DNA of 64,000 bases from positions 164,995 through 228,994 of the forward strand of contig CAVVTP010000011.1 in the NCBI GenBank assembly GCA_963751165.1, in the 5' to 3' direction. Position numbers and translations under genes: made by a program. This document shows positions 1-10,385 of the stretch, one piece after another (positions within the stretch are counted from its first letter, which is position 1; every line of letters starts with the position of its first letter). The stretch comes from an uncultured Alphaproteobacteria bacterium (GTDB lineage: Bacteria > Pseudomonadota > Alphaproteobacteria > Rhizobiales > Beijerinckiaceae). The notes under the pieces are model-generated. The model worked only from the letters and a program-made list of their open reading frames with translations. It did not search any database and was not told the DNA's origin.

Positions 1-1173
1 TCCGGAATGGCGACAAACTGCACGCCCGTGTAGGGAACGGGATCCTTGGTCGGGTGGGTCGGGTCGGCCGACATGATCGCTTTCAAGACGATCGGCGCGA
101 AGGGCGCCGCCTTCAGGTAGTCGGGATTGTCGTAGGTGGACTTGCGCGTGCCGGGAGGGACGGAGACCCATCCCTCGGTGTCGCCGACCAGCTTGACGTA
201 GTCCTTGGACGTCGCCCAGTGTACGAAATCCTTGGCGACCGCCTCCTTCTTGGTCGAGGTCGGAATAGCAAGCGCCCAGGACCATGCCCATTGGGCGCCG
301 TTCGGCGTCACCGCGATCGGCGCCTTGGCGAAGCCGACCTCGGCGGCCACCTTGCTCACTTTCGGATTTGAGATCCGGCCCGCCGCCGACGTCGCGTCGA
401 TCCAGATCGCACACTTGCCGTCGGCAAATAGAGCCTGGTTCTCGTTGAAGCCGTTCGCCGAGGCGCCGGGCGGTCCGTCGGCCTTCATCAGATCGACGTA
501 GAAGGTAATCGCCTTCTCCCAAGGCTCAGAGGTCAGCTGCGGCTTCCACTCCATGTCGAACCACCGGCCTCCGAACGTGTTCACCAGCGTGCCGAGAAAC
601 GCCATGTTCTCGCCCCAGCCCGGCTTGCCGCGCAGGCAGATGCCGTAAACACCGTTGGCCTTGTCGGTCAGTTTGTCGGCGAACTGCTTGATCTGATCGT
701 ATGTCGGCTGCTCGGGCATGGTGAGGCCCGCCTTCTCGAACAGGTCCTTGCGATACATGGTGAAGGAACTCTCTGCGTAGAACGGCAAGGCGTAGAGCTT
801 GCCGTTCACGGAAAGCCCCGCCTTCACCGGCGCGAGCAGATCTTCGTAGTCATAGTTCTTCAAGTCATCGAGCTGGTCGAGCCAGCCGCGCTTACCCCAA
901 AGCGGCGTTTCGTATGCGCCGATCGTAATGATGTCGTAAGAGCCGCCCTTCGTCGCGATGTCGAGGGTCACTTTCTGGCGGAGGACATTCTCCTCTGAGA
1001 ATCACCCAGTTGATCTTGTTGCCGGTCTGCTGCTCCCATTTGGACGACAGCTTCTGCATGATGATCATGTCGTCGTTGTTGACGGTCGCAATCGTCAACG
1101 TTTCCGCGTGAACCGCGGTCATACCGCCGAAAGCAAGCGCTAGTCCGGCCACCCAAATCTTGAGCCCTGTCAT
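1..1173 (-). CDS. ABC transporter extracellular solute-binding protein, family 1 sugar/polyol type (SmoE/UgpB-like). N-terminus and signal peptide at 1173, gene runs off the window start. Single frameshift near 985-1000.
   Basis: ORF 892-1173 begins MTGLKIWVAGLALAFGGMTAVHAETLTIATVNNDDMIIMQKL (signal peptide plus SBP N-terminus). A second frame downstream reads NVLRQKVTLDIATKGGSYDIITIGAYETPLW, a typical family-1 SBP continuation. Confidence 0.6.
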
Positions 1174-1628
1174 GGCATCTCCCTCCTGTCGCCACGGCCA
1201 ACCAAACTGGCCATGACCTTTTGCTACAATGTCTCAGTAAAGTATATCAGCGGTGCTCGCCAGTTTCGCCGAGGCGTCCGCCCTGGCGCGGCCAATCGCA
1301 TGCGACTCTCGCAATCTCGCCGGTTTCCCATCCAAATTCCGGCTCTTTTGTCATGCTAACGTTGAGCGTTTGATCGACAGGCGGACCGCCGAAGCACGAC
1401 GCGGTCGGACCGCTCGAGGCCGCAGACGACGACGTTCCGATTTGAGGTCGCCAAAGCGGCCGCCCTCGGCCGACCGAACCACCTCCAACCTACGCCGTAC
1501 GTCGGACGCGGCGTTCCGGCGCGTTTCAAGACTGCCGTTCGCGCAAGAACGGCTGCTTCCGCGCCGTGCGTGAGCAGGGCGGCGATCGCATTCCGCCGTG
1601 TGGACGGAAACAGCGAGGAGAATCAAGG

Positions 1629-2906
1629 ATGGCATACCGCGATCGTCTGATCCTTTCGACCTCAGCAGCCCTGGCTTTGTCCGCGCTCGCCGCGGCGCCG
1701 GCCTGGGCCGCGGAAACCAAGGGTTTCGTCACCGACCCGCTCGGCGTCGTCGCTGTCCCGAAAGGCGCGCCGCTCGACTTCGGCGGCTATTGGGTGATGT
1801 CGGGACCCGATTCTGCGCTCGGCATCGACGAGAAGCGCGGCGTCGAGCTCGCGATCAAGGACGAGGGCGGGACGCTGCTCGGTCATCCGATCGAGCTGCG
1901 CGTCGAGGACACCCAGTGCAACGCCGAGGGCGGCCAGACTGCCGCGACCAAGCTCGCCGCCGACCCGAACACTGTGGTCGTGCTCGGACCCGCGTGCTCG
2001 AGCGCGGCGACGCCCGGCGCCCCGATCCTGTGGAAGGCCGGCATCGTCGACATCGCCACCGCGACCACGGCGCCGGCCCTGACCGCCCCGGACCGCAAGC
2101 CGGGATATGACGGCTTCTTCCGCACCGTCTACAGCGATACCGATCAGGGCGCCGCGGACGCAAAATACGTCTACGACGTCATGAAGGCGCGCAAAATCGT
2201 CACCGTTCACGACGGCAGCCCCTACGCCCAGCAGCTGGCGAGTGTGATGGCCGACAATTTCAAGAAGCTCGGCGGTCAGGTGCTGTCGGTCGAGGCGGTG
2301 TCGCCGACGGAAGTGGACATGCACCCGGTGCTGACCCGCATCGCAACGGAGAAGCCCGACATGATCTACGCGCCGATCTTCGTCGCCGCCGGGGCGCAGC
2401 TCCTGCGGCAGGAAAAGGACACCCCCGGCCTCGAGAAGGTTCCGTTGATCGGCAGCTCCGGCCAGATGGCGCCGGATATGATTTCCGCCGCCGGCCAGGC
2501 GGTCGTCGGCTACAGGATCACCTACCCCGACGTGTCGCCCGAGGCCATGGGGGCGGCCTATCCGAAGTTGGTCAAGGAATATACCCAGACATACGGCGAG
2601 CCGCCGATCTCCGGCTATCACGCCAACGCCTATGACGCCGCCGTGCTCGCCATGAAAGCGATCGAGAAAGCGGCGAAGACCGATGCGAGCGGCACGACCT
2701 ATATCGGCCGAATGGCGCTGCGCGACGCCGTCCGGACGATCAAGTTCGACGGCGTCAGCGGGCCGATCGCCTGCAATCAATATGGCGAGTGCGCCAAGTT
2801 CAAGCCGGCGGTCTACAAATTCACCAACGCCGATCCGTCGACCTTCAAGATCGGGGTGAACCCGAAGAAGGTATGGCCGGAGACCCACTCGGCCAGTTCA
2901 AAATAG
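1629..2906 (+). CDS. Branched-chain/general amino acid ABC transporter substrate-binding protein (LivK family)
   Basis: GGAGGAGA Shine-Dalgarno before the ATG at 1629. Signal peptide MAYRDRLILSTSAALALSALAAAPAWAAE. The protein has the Leu/Ile/Val-binding-protein family fold with LGP..SS motifs. First gene of a livKHMGF-like run. Confidence 0.8.
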   Translation: MAYRDRLILSTSAALALSALAAAPAWAAETKGFVTDPLGVVAVPKGAPLDFGGYWVMSGPDSALGIDEKRGVELAIKDEGGTLLGHPIELRVEDTQCNAEGGQTAATKLAADPNTVVVLGPACSSAATPGAPILWKAGIVDIATATTAPALTAPDRKPGYDGFFRTVYSDTDQGAADAKYVYDVMKARKIVTVHDGSPYAQQLASVMADNFKKLGGQVLSVEAVSPTEVDMHPVLTRIATEKPDMIYAPIFVAAGAQLLRQEKDTPGLEKVPLIGSSGQMAPDMISAAGQAVVGYRITYPDVSPEAMGAAYPKLVKEYTQTYGEPPISGYHANAYDAAVLAMKAIEKAAKTDASGTTYIGRMALRDAVRTIKFDGVSGPIACNQYGECAKFKPAVYKFTNADPSTFKIGVNPKKVWPETHSASSK

Positions 2907-2980
2907 AAGCGACGACGCGCGCCCCGTGTCCAAGCTCGGGCGCGGGGCGCGGCGCGGCGCCTGAAGGCGAGGGCGAGGCC

Positions 2981-4075
2981 ATGTCCGAAACGTCGGCGAC
3001 TCGAAGCCTGCTTGCGAGCCTCCACAGGCGAGCGCGCTTCGGGTTTATCGACATCGTGTTGTGGTGCTTGCGCGCCGCAGTCGTCGCAGTGGTCGCCGCC
3101 GGCACGGCGGGCACTCTGATCAAAGGCCGCTACGGGCTCGCCGACTGGCTCGAATTCCTCGCCTACGGCGTCACCATGGGCAGCGTCTACGCCCTGATCG
3201 CGCTCGGCTACACCATGGTCTACGGCGTCTTGCGCCTGATCAATTTCGCCCACGGCGACATCATGATGACGGGGGCGTTTGCCGGGTATTTCCTGGCCGC
3301 CTATTTCGACGAGACCGGCTTCCTGCGGCACGAGCCGGCGCTCGCCATGCTCGCGGTTCTCGCGCTCGGCGTCGCAACTTCCACGATTATCGCCTTGCTG
3401 ACGGAGCGGCTCGCCTACCGTCCGTTCCGCCGGGTCCGCGGTCTCGCGCCGCTGATCTGCGCCATCGGCGTCTCGTTCTTCCTCGAGCAATCGTTCCGCG
3501 GCGCGTTCGGTTCGGGGGTCCACGCCTATCCGGACACGGTTTGGCAGAACGAGACGGTTCCCGTTTTCGGCTTTGGGATCCCAGTCGTTCAATTGATCGT
3601 GGTCGTCATCGCGTTCGTCTCGATGACGATTCTCTACCTGATCGTTCAGCGCACGCGTATGGGCATGGCGATGCGGGCGGTTTCGGAAGATGCCGACGCC
3701 GCCGCGATGATGGGGATCGACGTCGACAAGGTCATCGTCTTCACTTTCGTCCTCGGCGGCGCGATGGCCGGGGTCGCCGGCGTCTGCTACGCCTTCGTGT
3801 TCAAACAGGTCTATTTCTTCATGGGGTTCACGCCGGGCGTCAAGGCGTTCGGCGCGGCGGTGCTCGGCGGCATCGGCAGCGTCCCGGGCGCGATGCTGGC
3901 GGGACTGTTCCTCGGAATCATCGAATCCGTGGGACCTGCTCTCTTCCTCGATGGAATCGGCATTCCAGCGCCCTACCAGCTGCGTGACCTCATCGCCTTC
4001 ACGCTCCTCATCATGGTGCTGATCTTCCGCCCGTATGGGATCATGGGCGAGCGCATGGCGAAGAAGCGCGCATGA
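2981..4075 (+). CDS. livH: Branched-chain amino acid ABC transporter permease (LivH family)
   Basis: Polytopic membrane protein. The GYTMVYGVLRLINFAHGD motif is typical of LivH. Start MSETSATRS at 2981. The stop overlaps the next gene. Confidence 0.8.
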   Translation: MSETSATRSLLASLHRRARFGFIDIVLWCLRAAVVAVVAAGTAGTLIKGRYGLADWLEFLAYGVTMGSVYALIALGYTMVYGVLRLINFAHGDIMMTGAFAGYFLAAYFDETGFLRHEPALAMLAVLALGVATSTIIALLTERLAYRPFRRVRGLAPLICAIGVSFFLEQSFRGAFGSGVHAYPDTVWQNETVPVFGFGIPVVQLIVVVIAFVSMTILYLIVQRTRMGMAMRAVSEDADAAAMMGIDVDKVIVFTFVLGGAMAGVAGVCYAFVFKQVYFFMGFTPGVKAFGAAVLGGIGSVPGAMLAGLFLGIIESVGPALFLDGIGIPAPYQLRDLIAFTLLIMVLIFRPYGIMGERMAKKRA

Positions 4076-5807
4076 GCGCGACCACGCTGGTCGCCGGGAC
4101 CCGCGCGACTCCCGATCCGTGGGGGGCGCCCTCAAGCTCGGGCTCGTCTTCGGCGCGGTCGCCGTCTACATCGCTGTCGTCGGTATCCTGCCGATGTTCG
4201 ATCGGCGCTGGATCGTCGTCGACGTCGTCTCGCTCGGGCACGCCGCCCTGATCACAATCGCGCTCGGCGCGGGAGCGGCGACAGTCTTGCGTTCGCGACC
4301 CTTGAAGCCGTTGCCCGCCGCCGCCGCCGGCCTCGTGGCGGGAGGCGTCGCCGGATCGCTGCTCGCCCTCTTGGCGCTGGCGATGCAGGTTCTGCCGCTC
4401 CGGCGGATTTTCATCGCGCTGTCGCCGATTCTTCTGCGGGCGCTGACTTTCGGCCTCGGCGCGCCGGCCGGCGGATTGATCCTCATCGCCGGAGCCGCGG
4501 TTCTGGGCGCAGTCGGCGCGGCGATGGCGCTCGCTTCCCCGCGAGCCCGCGATCCTCTGCTGATCGGCCTCGCCTTCGTCGTCGTGTTCGGCGTTTTCCA
4601 GGAACTCATCCAGATCATTCTGCGAGGAAACGCCGCCGCCGACGCCGTGCGCCAGGCGCTCTATTCCTGGGAGGGGCTCGAGCCGCGCGGCGCGGCGGCG
4701 ATCTTCCTCCTTGCGAGCGCAGGCGCGGCGCTCTGGATGGGCGCTCCGCGCGCGAGGTTGGGCGAGGCGTTCGCAGGGTTGTCGCCGAGGCGACGAAGTC
4801 AGGCAAGAGCGATGCGCGCCGCGGGCCTTGTCGCGCTCCTCATCCTGATGCCGGTCCTCGCAGGCTCCTACATCGGCCAGGTCATGCTGCTGGTCGGGCT
4901 CTATATGCTGATGGGAATGGGACTCAATCTCGAGGTCGGCCTGGCCGGGCTGCTCGACCTCGGCTTCGTCGCCTTCTTCGCGGTCGGCGCCTATGCGACG
5001 GCGCTCCTGACCGCCAACTCTTCGCACGCGCTCGCGTCCTATACCCCGCTGCCGAGCCTTTCCTTCTGGGCCGCGGCGCCGATCGCGGTCCTTGCTTCGG
5101 TCGCGGTCGGGGTGCTGTTCGGCATTCCGGTGCTCGGCGTCCGCGGCGACTATCTTGCGGTCGCCACCATGGGGCTCGGCGAGATCGTGCGCGTCATCGT
5201 CCAGTCGGACATGGCGGCGCCCCTGCTCGGCGGCGCCCAGGGGATCCTGCAGATCCCGAAGCCAAGAATTGGCCACTTCGAGCTCGCCGACCCGGTCGAC
5301 CTATTCTATCTGACACTGATCGCCTCGGGGTTCGCCGCCTATTGCGCCTGGCGCCTGGAAAACTCTCGCCTTGGGCGGGCCTGGACGGCGGTGCGCGACG
5401 ACGAGGACGTCGCGCAGGCGCTTGGCGTCAATCTGGTGGAGGTCAAGCTCCTGGCCTACGGCCTCGGCGCGGCTTTTGCCGGTCTCGCCGGCTCGATCTT
5501 CGCGGTGATGCTGACATCGGTCTATCCGAGCAGCTTCCAGCTCCTCGTATCGATCAACGTGCTGGCGCTGATCATCGTTGGCGGTCTCGGCTCTCTGCCC
5601 GGGGTCGTCGTGGGCGCGGTCGCGCTGGTCGGCCTGCCGGAGCTTTTGCGCGAGTTCGGCGAGTACCGCTACCTGTTCTACGGCGTCGCGCTGATCGTAA
5701 TGATGCGGTTCAAGCCGGAGGGCCTGTGGCCATCACCCGTGCGCCGCCGCGAATTGCGGGCCGCAACCGCTGCGCCGGCGAGCGGGCGGGCGGGAGCCGT
5801 AAGATGA
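4035..5807 (+). CDS. livM: Branched-chain amino acid ABC transporter permease (LivM family) with N-terminal membrane extension
   Basis: 590-aa polytopic membrane ORF. The C-terminal half carries the LivM signature (GLNLEVGLAGLLDLGFVAFFAVGAY...GVRGDYLAVATMGLGEI). Exact start is uncertain (M at 4035 or an internal alternative). Confidence 0.75.
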   Translation: MGSWASAWRRSAHERDHAGRRDPRDSRSVGGALKLGLVFGAVAVYIAVVGILPMFDRRWIVVDVVSLGHAALITIALGAGAATVLRSRPLKPLPAAAAGLVAGGVAGSLLALLALAMQVLPLRRIFIALSPILLRALTFGLGAPAGGLILIAGAAVLGAVGAAMALASPRARDPLLIGLAFVVVFGVFQELIQIILRGNAAADAVRQALYSWEGLEPRGAAAIFLLASAGAALWMGAPRARLGEAFAGLSPRRRSQARAMRAAGLVALLILMPVLAGSYIGQVMLLVGLYMLMGMGLNLEVGLAGLLDLGFVAFFAVGAYATALLTANSSHALASYTPLPSLSFWAAAPIAVLASVAVGVLFGIPVLGVRGDYLAVATMGLGEIVRVIVQSDMAAPLLGGAQGILQIPKPRIGHFELADPVDLFYLTLIASGFAAYCAWRLENSRLGRAWTAVRDDEDVAQALGVNLVEVKLLAYGLGAAFAGLAGSIFAVMLTSVYPSSFQLLVSINVLALIIVGGLGSLPGVVVGAVALVGLPELLREFGEYRYLFYGVALIVMMRFKPEGLWPSPVRRRELRAATAAPASGRAGAVR

Positions 5808-6662
5808 ATGGCGCGGCTAGCGAGCCGATCCTCAGAACGGAACGCCTGACGATCCGCTTTGGCGGTCTCGCCGCGGTCAACGACCTCAACCTTCACGTGC
5901 GCCAAGGGGACATCCACGCCGTCATTGGTCCAAACGGGGCCGGCAAGACGACAGTGTTCAATTGCGTGACGCAGAAATCTGCGCGTGACCGGCGGCAAGA
6001 TCTGGTTTCGCGGCGAGCGTCTGGACGGCCTGACGCCGAACCGTGTCGCCGAGGCCGGCGTCAGCCGCACCTATCAGAACATCCGGCTCTTCAGAAACAT
6101 CACCGCCATCGAGAACCTGCTGGTCGGGATGCATCTCCATCTCAAGTCGCACTGGTGGGGCGCGCTTGTTCATTCGCGGTCGACTCAGCTCGACGAAAGG
6201 CGCGCGCACGAGGAGGCCCTCGAGCTTCTGGCGTTCGTTGGGCTCAAGGGTCGCGGCGACCTCCTTGCGCGCAATCTCGCCTACGGCGAACAGCGCCGCC
6301 TCGAAATCGGCAGAGCGCTCGCGACCCGTCCGAAGCTCCTGTTGCTGGACGAGCCGACCGCGGGGATGAACCCGAGCGAAACCTCGGAGATGATCGAGTT
6401 CGTTCGTCGCACCCGCGACCTGTTTGGCGTCACGATCCTGCTCATTGAGCATCAGATGCGCGTCGTCATGGCGATATCGAACGTCGTCACCGTTCTGGAC
6501 TACGGCGTGAAGATCGCCGAGGGGCCGCCGTCTCAAATCCAGCAGGATCCCAAGGTCATCGAGGCCTATCTCGGCCGGCCGAGGGCGTCACTGACGTCCG
6601 CACGGAGGCATGCGGCCGAGCGGATGAGCGAATCGCCGGCCGAACCGGACGGCGGCGCGTAG
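5804..6662 (+). CDS. livG: ABC transporter ATP-binding protein LivG, split by a frameshift at about 5970-5985
   Basis: ATG at 5804 overlaps the livM stop (ATGA). The Walker A motif GPNGAGKTTVFNCVT is in frame 2. The remainder (GGKIWFRGERLDGL...LSGGQ-like...LLDEPTAGMNP...IEHQMRVV) is in frame 0 from 5985. One indel is needed to join them. Confidence 0.75.
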
Positions 6663-6672
6663 CGAGGCCTCC

Positions 6673-7380
6673 ATGGCTCTTCTCGAAATCGATGACTTGC
6701 GGGTGTCTTACGACAATATCGAGGCGCTGAAGGGCGTCTCGCTCAAGGTCGAGGCGAAAGAGATCGTCACGCTGATCGGCGCCAACGGGGCCGGCAAGAC
6801 GACGACCTTGCGGGCGATCAGCGGCCTCATCCCGCCGCGCTCGGGCGACATAAGGTTCGACGGCGAAAGCCTCACGGGCGTCGCCCCGCACGCGATCGCC
6901 GCGCGCGGCGTCTTGCAGGTGCCCGAAGGGCGGCGCATTTTCGCCCGCCTGACGGTCGCCGAGAATCTGGCGATGGGCGCGTTTCCCCGGCGCGACGTCG
7001 GCGCCATCGCCGCCGACCGGGAGCGCATGCTCGAATTGTTCCCGCGGCTCAGAGAGCGCCTGAGGCAGGTCGCCGGGACGCTATCGGGCGGCGAGCAGCA
7101 GATGCTGGCGACCGCGCGCGCCCTGATGGGACGCCCGCGCGTCCTGATGATGGATGAGCCAAGCATGGGTCTTTCGCCGCTCATGATCGACAGCGTGTTC
7201 GAGACGATCCGGACCATCAACGAACAAGGCGTGGCGATTCTGCTTATCGAACAGAACGCCCTCATGGCTCTCGACGCGGCCGACCGGGCCTACGTGATGG
7301 AGAGCGGCCGCATCGTCCTGTCTGGTTCCGGGAAGGCCTTGCTTGGCGACGAGAAGGTGCAGCATGCTTATCTCGGCTGA
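6673..7380 (+). CDS. livF: ABC transporter ATP-binding protein LivF
   Basis: Walker A GANGAGKTT, signature LSGGEQQML, Walker B VLMMDEPSMGL. 235 aa, the typical LivF size. Confidence 0.85.
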   Translation: MALLEIDDLRVSYDNIEALKGVSLKVEAKEIVTLIGANGAGKTTTLRAISGLIPPRSGDIRFDGESLTGVAPHAIAARGVLQVPEGRRIFARLTVAENLAMGAFPRRDVGAIAADRERMLELFPRLRERLRQVAGTLSGGEQQMLATARALMGRPRVLMMDEPSMGLSPLMIDSVFETIRTINEQGVAILLIEQNALMALDAADRAYVMESGRIVLSGSGKALLGDEKVQHAYLG

Positions 7381-7395
7381 GCGAACGGAGGCGAC

Positions 7396-8640
7396 ATGCG
7401 GATCGTAGTGCTCGGCGGCGGCGTGGTCGGCGTCACGACCGCCTATCAGTTGCAGCGCGACGGCCACGAGGTCGTGATTCTCGAACGCCGCAGCCAAGTC
7501 GCGGCAGGAGCGAGTTTCGGCAATGCAGGCATGATCGCGCCGGGTCACTCCTTCGTATGGTCCTCGCCGCGCGCCCCGATGATCCTGGCGAAATCCGTTC
7601 TGTTTCGGAACCAGGCCCTGCGTTTCAAGTTCTCCGCCGATCCGCGGCTCTATGCATGGACACTTGGGTTCCTGAAGGAATGCACAGCCGCAAAGGCGCG
7701 GCGCAACACGCTGCTCAAGCATCGGCTCGCCGCCTACTCGCAGTCGGTGCTGCAAAGCGTCGTCGCCGAGGAGTCGATTGCCTACGACGGCAACAGGCGC
7801 GGCATTCTCTACCTGCACCGCAGCCGGCGCGCGCTCGAAGACGGCGTCGAGCACATGAAGCTGCTTGAATCGGACGGGCAGGCGATCAAGGTCCTGGACC
7901 GAGACCAGGTCGTCGCGCTCGATCCTGCGCTCACTCACGCTGCCGACCGGATCGCCGGCGCGATCCTCTGCCCGACGGACGAGACGGGCGACTGCGCGAA
8001 GTTCACCCGCGCGCTCGCCGCGAGGATCGTCGAGCGGGGCGGCCAGATCGTGACCGGCGCGAGCGTCGCCGGACTTGCCGCCGACGGCGACAGGATCACC
8101 GGCGCGGAAACCGACCGCGGCCGGTTCGCCGGGGACGCTTACGTTCTGGCTCTCGGCGCCGAAAGCCCACTCTTGGCGCGGAAACTCGGCGTCCGGCTGC
8201 CGATCTATCCGATCAAAGGCTATTCGCTGACGATTCCCATCGGCGCGTCGCGGTCGCCGCCGACGGTCGCCTGCGTCGATGAGCACCATCTCGTCGCCAT
8301 TTCGCGATTCGGCGACCGCCTACGGGTCACGGCGACCGCCGAATTCGCCGGCTACGACGAGAGCTGCAAGCCGGCCGACTTCGTCTTCATGAAGGACGTC
8401 GTGCGCGAACTCTATCCAGACGGCGCCGAGTACGACCAGGCCGAAATGTGGGCGGGCTTGAGGCCCATGACCCCGACCAACCTGCCTTTCCTCGGCTCCG
8501 CGCGGCTCGGCAACCTGTTTCTCAACTGCGGTCACGGCCACATCGGCTGGACCATGTCGCACGGATCGGCGCGAATCGTCGCCGACCTGGTCGCCGGCCG
8601 GCCGACCGCCATCCCCATGGACGGCCTCACGCCCCAATGA
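7396..8640 (+). CDS. dadA: D-amino acid dehydrogenase small subunit
   Basis: N-terminal FAD fold MRIVVLGGGVVGVTTAYQL. Collinear over its full length with the DadA family (414 aa). Confidence 0.8.
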   Translation: MRIVVLGGGVVGVTTAYQLQRDGHEVVILERRSQVAAGASFGNAGMIAPGHSFVWSSPRAPMILAKSVLFRNQALRFKFSADPRLYAWTLGFLKECTAAKARRNTLLKHRLAAYSQSVLQSVVAEESIAYDGNRRGILYLHRSRRALEDGVEHMKLLESDGQAIKVLDRDQVVALDPALTHAADRIAGAILCPTDETGDCAKFTRALAARIVERGGQIVTGASVAGLAADGDRITGAETDRGRFAGDAYVLALGAESPLLARKLGVRLPIYPIKGYSLTIPIGASRSPPTVACVDEHHLVAISRFGDRLRVTATAEFAGYDESCKPADFVFMKDVVRELYPDGAEYDQAEMWAGLRPMTPTNLPFLGSARLGNLFLNCGHGHIGWTMSHGSARIVADLVAGRPTAIPMDGLTPQ

Positions 8641-8655
8641 CGGAAGGAGCGCTTT

Positions 8656-9450
8656 ATGTCTCTCGACCTCGCCTCGCTCTCCGAGCCGCTCGATCTCGGA
8701 ATCATGCCGTCGGAACTCGATGCGGGCGTCGCCTGGCGTGCGGCGGTCGGGCTCGTGGTGCTCGCCACCGACCAGACGATGGAGCACGAGTTCCGCGCGC
8801 TCTTGCATCTGCCGGGCGTCGCCGTGTTCGAGTCGCGCGTCTTCAACGACAACGACATCCGGCCCGAAACCCTGCGCGCCATCGGGCCAAGGATCGCGCC
8901 GAGCGTCGCTCTCATCTTGCCAAGCGTCAATCTCGACGTCGTCGCGTTCGGCTGCACTTCAGCGACAATGACTCTCGGCGAGGACGCGGTGTTCGCGGAA
9001 ATTCGCAAGGCGCGGCCCGCTGTCGCATGCACGACACCGGTCACCGCAGCGCTCGCGGCATTTCGCGCGCTTGGCGCAAAGTCGGTCGGGCTTTTGACGC
9101 CCTACGCGCCCGAGATCAACGCCTCGCTTGTCGCCTATTTCCGTGCGCGGGGCGTCGGCGTGTCCGCCGTCGCGACCTTCGACCGCCGCGATGACCGCGA
9201 CGCGGCGCGTGTCTCACCGGACTCGATCGAACATGCGACGCGGCGCCTCGCCTCGGCGCCGGGAGTCGAAGCGGTCTTCGTTTCCTGCACGAGCCTGCGC
9301 GTCGCCGAGGCGGCGGCGACGCTCGAACGTCTCACTGGCGCGCCGGTGACCTCGAGCAATCACGCGATGGCCTGGCATTGCCTGCGCCTCTCCGGGGTCG
9401 GCGATGCGCTGCCGAACGCCGGAAGGCTATTCGAATTGCCGCAAGCTTAA
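8656..9450 (+). CDS. Asp/Glu/hydantoin racemase-superfamily protein (maleate isomerase/arylmalonate decarboxylase-like)
   Basis: 264 aa with two conserved Cys-containing segments (VAFGCTSAT; VFVSCTSLRV) characteristic of the Asp/Glu racemase fold. Immediately downstream of dadA. Confidence 0.55.
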   Translation: MSLDLASLSEPLDLGIMPSELDAGVAWRAAVGLVVLATDQTMEHEFRALLHLPGVAVFESRVFNDNDIRPETLRAIGPRIAPSVALILPSVNLDVVAFGCTSATMTLGEDAVFAEIRKARPAVACTTPVTAALAAFRALGAKSVGLLTPYAPEINASLVAYFRARGVGVSAVATFDRRDDRDAARVSPDSIEHATRRLASAPGVEAVFVSCTSLRVAEAAATLERLTGAPVTSSNHAMAWHCLRLSGVGDALPNAGRLFELPQA

Positions 9451-9487
9451 CGCGCCGCGGAAACGCGGTTCGCCCGCAGGCTCCTCG

Positions 9488-10385
9488 TCAGACGCGCGAC
9501 CGCAGCGAAGGCCCTGTCAACGCAACGCCCGCGAGGACGAGCGCGAGGCCGGCCCAGGCGGCGACGGCGACCGGCTCTCGCAGCGCCGCCGCGCCCGCCA
9601 TGACGCCGATCAAGGGAACGACGTAGTTATTGAGGCTGGCGAAGGTCGGCCCTTCGCTCGCGATCAGGCGGAAGTAGATATAATAGGCGAGCGCGGTGTT
9701 GAGGACGCCGAGCGCAACCATCGCGGCGATCGGAGCGTACGGCGCGGCGAGGGTCGCGTCGACCGACGGCCGGTCGCCGAGAGCGAGATCAATTCCCGCC
9801 AACACGACAGTCGATATCGTCATCGACGCGGCGACGGCTTTGGCGGCTCCGATTTCGCGCGTCGGGGCCGCCTGAGAAGAGGGCGCTCATTGCGTAACAG
9901 AAGGCGGCTGCGAGCGCGATCGCCCGCCCCTCGACGGGATTTGGGGCGGCAGCGGTCTGCCCGACCGGAGATAAAAGCGCGAGGCTGACGCCGGCAAATC
10001 CGAGTGCGAGCCCGAGCGCGCCCCTGAGGCTCCACCGGTCGCCCGACCCGACGAACCGTCCAACGAGAAAAACAAAGATCGGTGAGGCGCCCATCATCAG
10101 CGCCATGTCAGCGCTGCTCGCCAGTTTCGCGGCCTTGCCGAGCAGCAGGAAGGGGACGACCTGGCCGGCCAGCGAGAGGACGACGAGCTTGCTCCAAAGT
10201 CCCAGCCGCCGGCCAGGCCAGATGGGTCCCGCGAGCGCGGCCCCGACGAGAAGCGCACCGGCGGCCACGCCGACCCGCGCGAGCGCGAAACCGAAAGGAT
10301 CGAAGACGCGAGCGGCGATCTTGATCAGGAAAAACGAGGAGCCCCAGAGAAACGACAGAAACGCCAGGCTCGCATAGGCCGCCAT
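9488..10385 (-). CDS. EamA/DMT-family transporter, split by a frameshift at about 9825-9880
   Basis: Two consecutive minus-strand ORFs (9789-10586 and 9488-9823), both polytopic with EamA-like repeats. Probable start is MAAYASLAFLSFLWGSSFFLIK at about 10385. Confidence 0.6.

Noticed and set aside
1662-2888. Long antisense ORFs overlapping well-supported genes (for example 1662-2888 -, 2813-4135 -, 4041-5276 -, 7081-8289 -, 25925-27595 +, 28998-29993 -, 30408-31295 -, 32431-33345 -, 35714-36847 -, 41356-42195 +, 46295-47254 +, 47909-48757 -, 52065-53102 -, 52997-53956 +, 53975-55009 +)
   Set aside because: Arg/Ala/Pro/Gly-rich translations typical of stop-poor frames in 65-70% GC DNA. Each overlaps a gene with clear family motifs on the other strand or frame. 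No domain signatures.
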